DNA of 64,000 nucleotides from Oscillospiraceae bacterium (GTDB lineage Bacteria; Bacillota; Clostridia; Oscillospirales; SIG627): NCBI GenBank assembly GCA_015064635.1, contig SVRV01000003.1, positions 51,057 to 115,056 of the forward strand, read 5' to 3'. Shown piece by piece: positions 63,817 to 64,000 of this stretch (position 1 is its first letter; each line of letters starts with the position of its first letter). The notes under the pieces were generated by a model. It saw only the letters and a program-made list of their open reading frames with translations, ran no database searches and was not told where the DNA came from. The position numbers and the translations under genes were made by a program.

Positions 63817-64000
63817 GAAAAATAAGAATTGCGCAGATAGGACTCAACACCTTGAGCCACGCCACCTCAATTTTTAATTCGCTTAAAAAATTCCCCGACG
63901 TATTCGAGATTGCAGGCTATGCACTCCCCGAAAACGAAAGAGAAAAATTCCCCAAGTCATTGGGAGTGCTTGAGGGATATCCCGAGCTTACTCTTGATGA
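63813..64000 (+). CDS. Gfo/Idh/MocA-like oxidoreductase, 5' part (runs off window)
   Basis: ATGA overlap with upstream stop; MRKIRIAQIG....HA....SL....DVFEIAG. Confidence 0.7.
   Translation, partial: MRKIRIAQIGLNTLSHATSIFNSLKKFPDVFEIAGYALPENEREKFPKSLGVLEGYPELTLD

Overview
Chromosomal segment of a Clostridia-like (probably Oscillospirales/Ruminococcaceae-type, spore-forming gut or rumen) bacterium; the taxonomy is inferred from gene content, Shine-Dalgarno/sigmaA signals and a sigH-like gene. The left half is dominated by carbohydrate catabolism: two GH28-like genes, six Gfo/Idh/MocA oxidoreductases (a seventh is cut by the right window edge), TIM-barrel isomerases, an enolase-superfamily enzyme, a C-N hydrolase and AraC regulators. 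It is interrupted by an AT-rich DpnII-like restriction-modification cassette and followed by two very large secreted proteins built from shared unnamed modules and a MerR-sugar kinase fusion with a textbook MerR promoter. The right half holds housekeeping and transport genes: dut, a P1B ATPase, four tandem isomerase paralogs, a BMP/nucleoside ABC transporter, coaX plus an ECF S component with a pan-like RNA, a D,D-carboxypeptidase, a polyprenyl synthase, an orphan addB, rlmB, sigH and a cpsC/cpsD pair. The most unusual signal is a ~750 bp cassette at the 3' end of tRNA-Arg(CCG). It carries a four-helix-bundle (Avd/23S-IVP fold) gene next to a 190-bp ladder of six exact 10-mer repeats (three forward, three inverted), each separated by a different hairpin, plus an inverted copy of the tRNA T-arm. 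Also notable are a miniature tRNA-shaped leader before a zinc-ribbon gene and a P-type ATPase-like protein lacking its catalytic motifs. No CRISPR array, integrase, transposase or reverse transcriptase was seen. All family calls come from motif recognition by eye, with no database searches.
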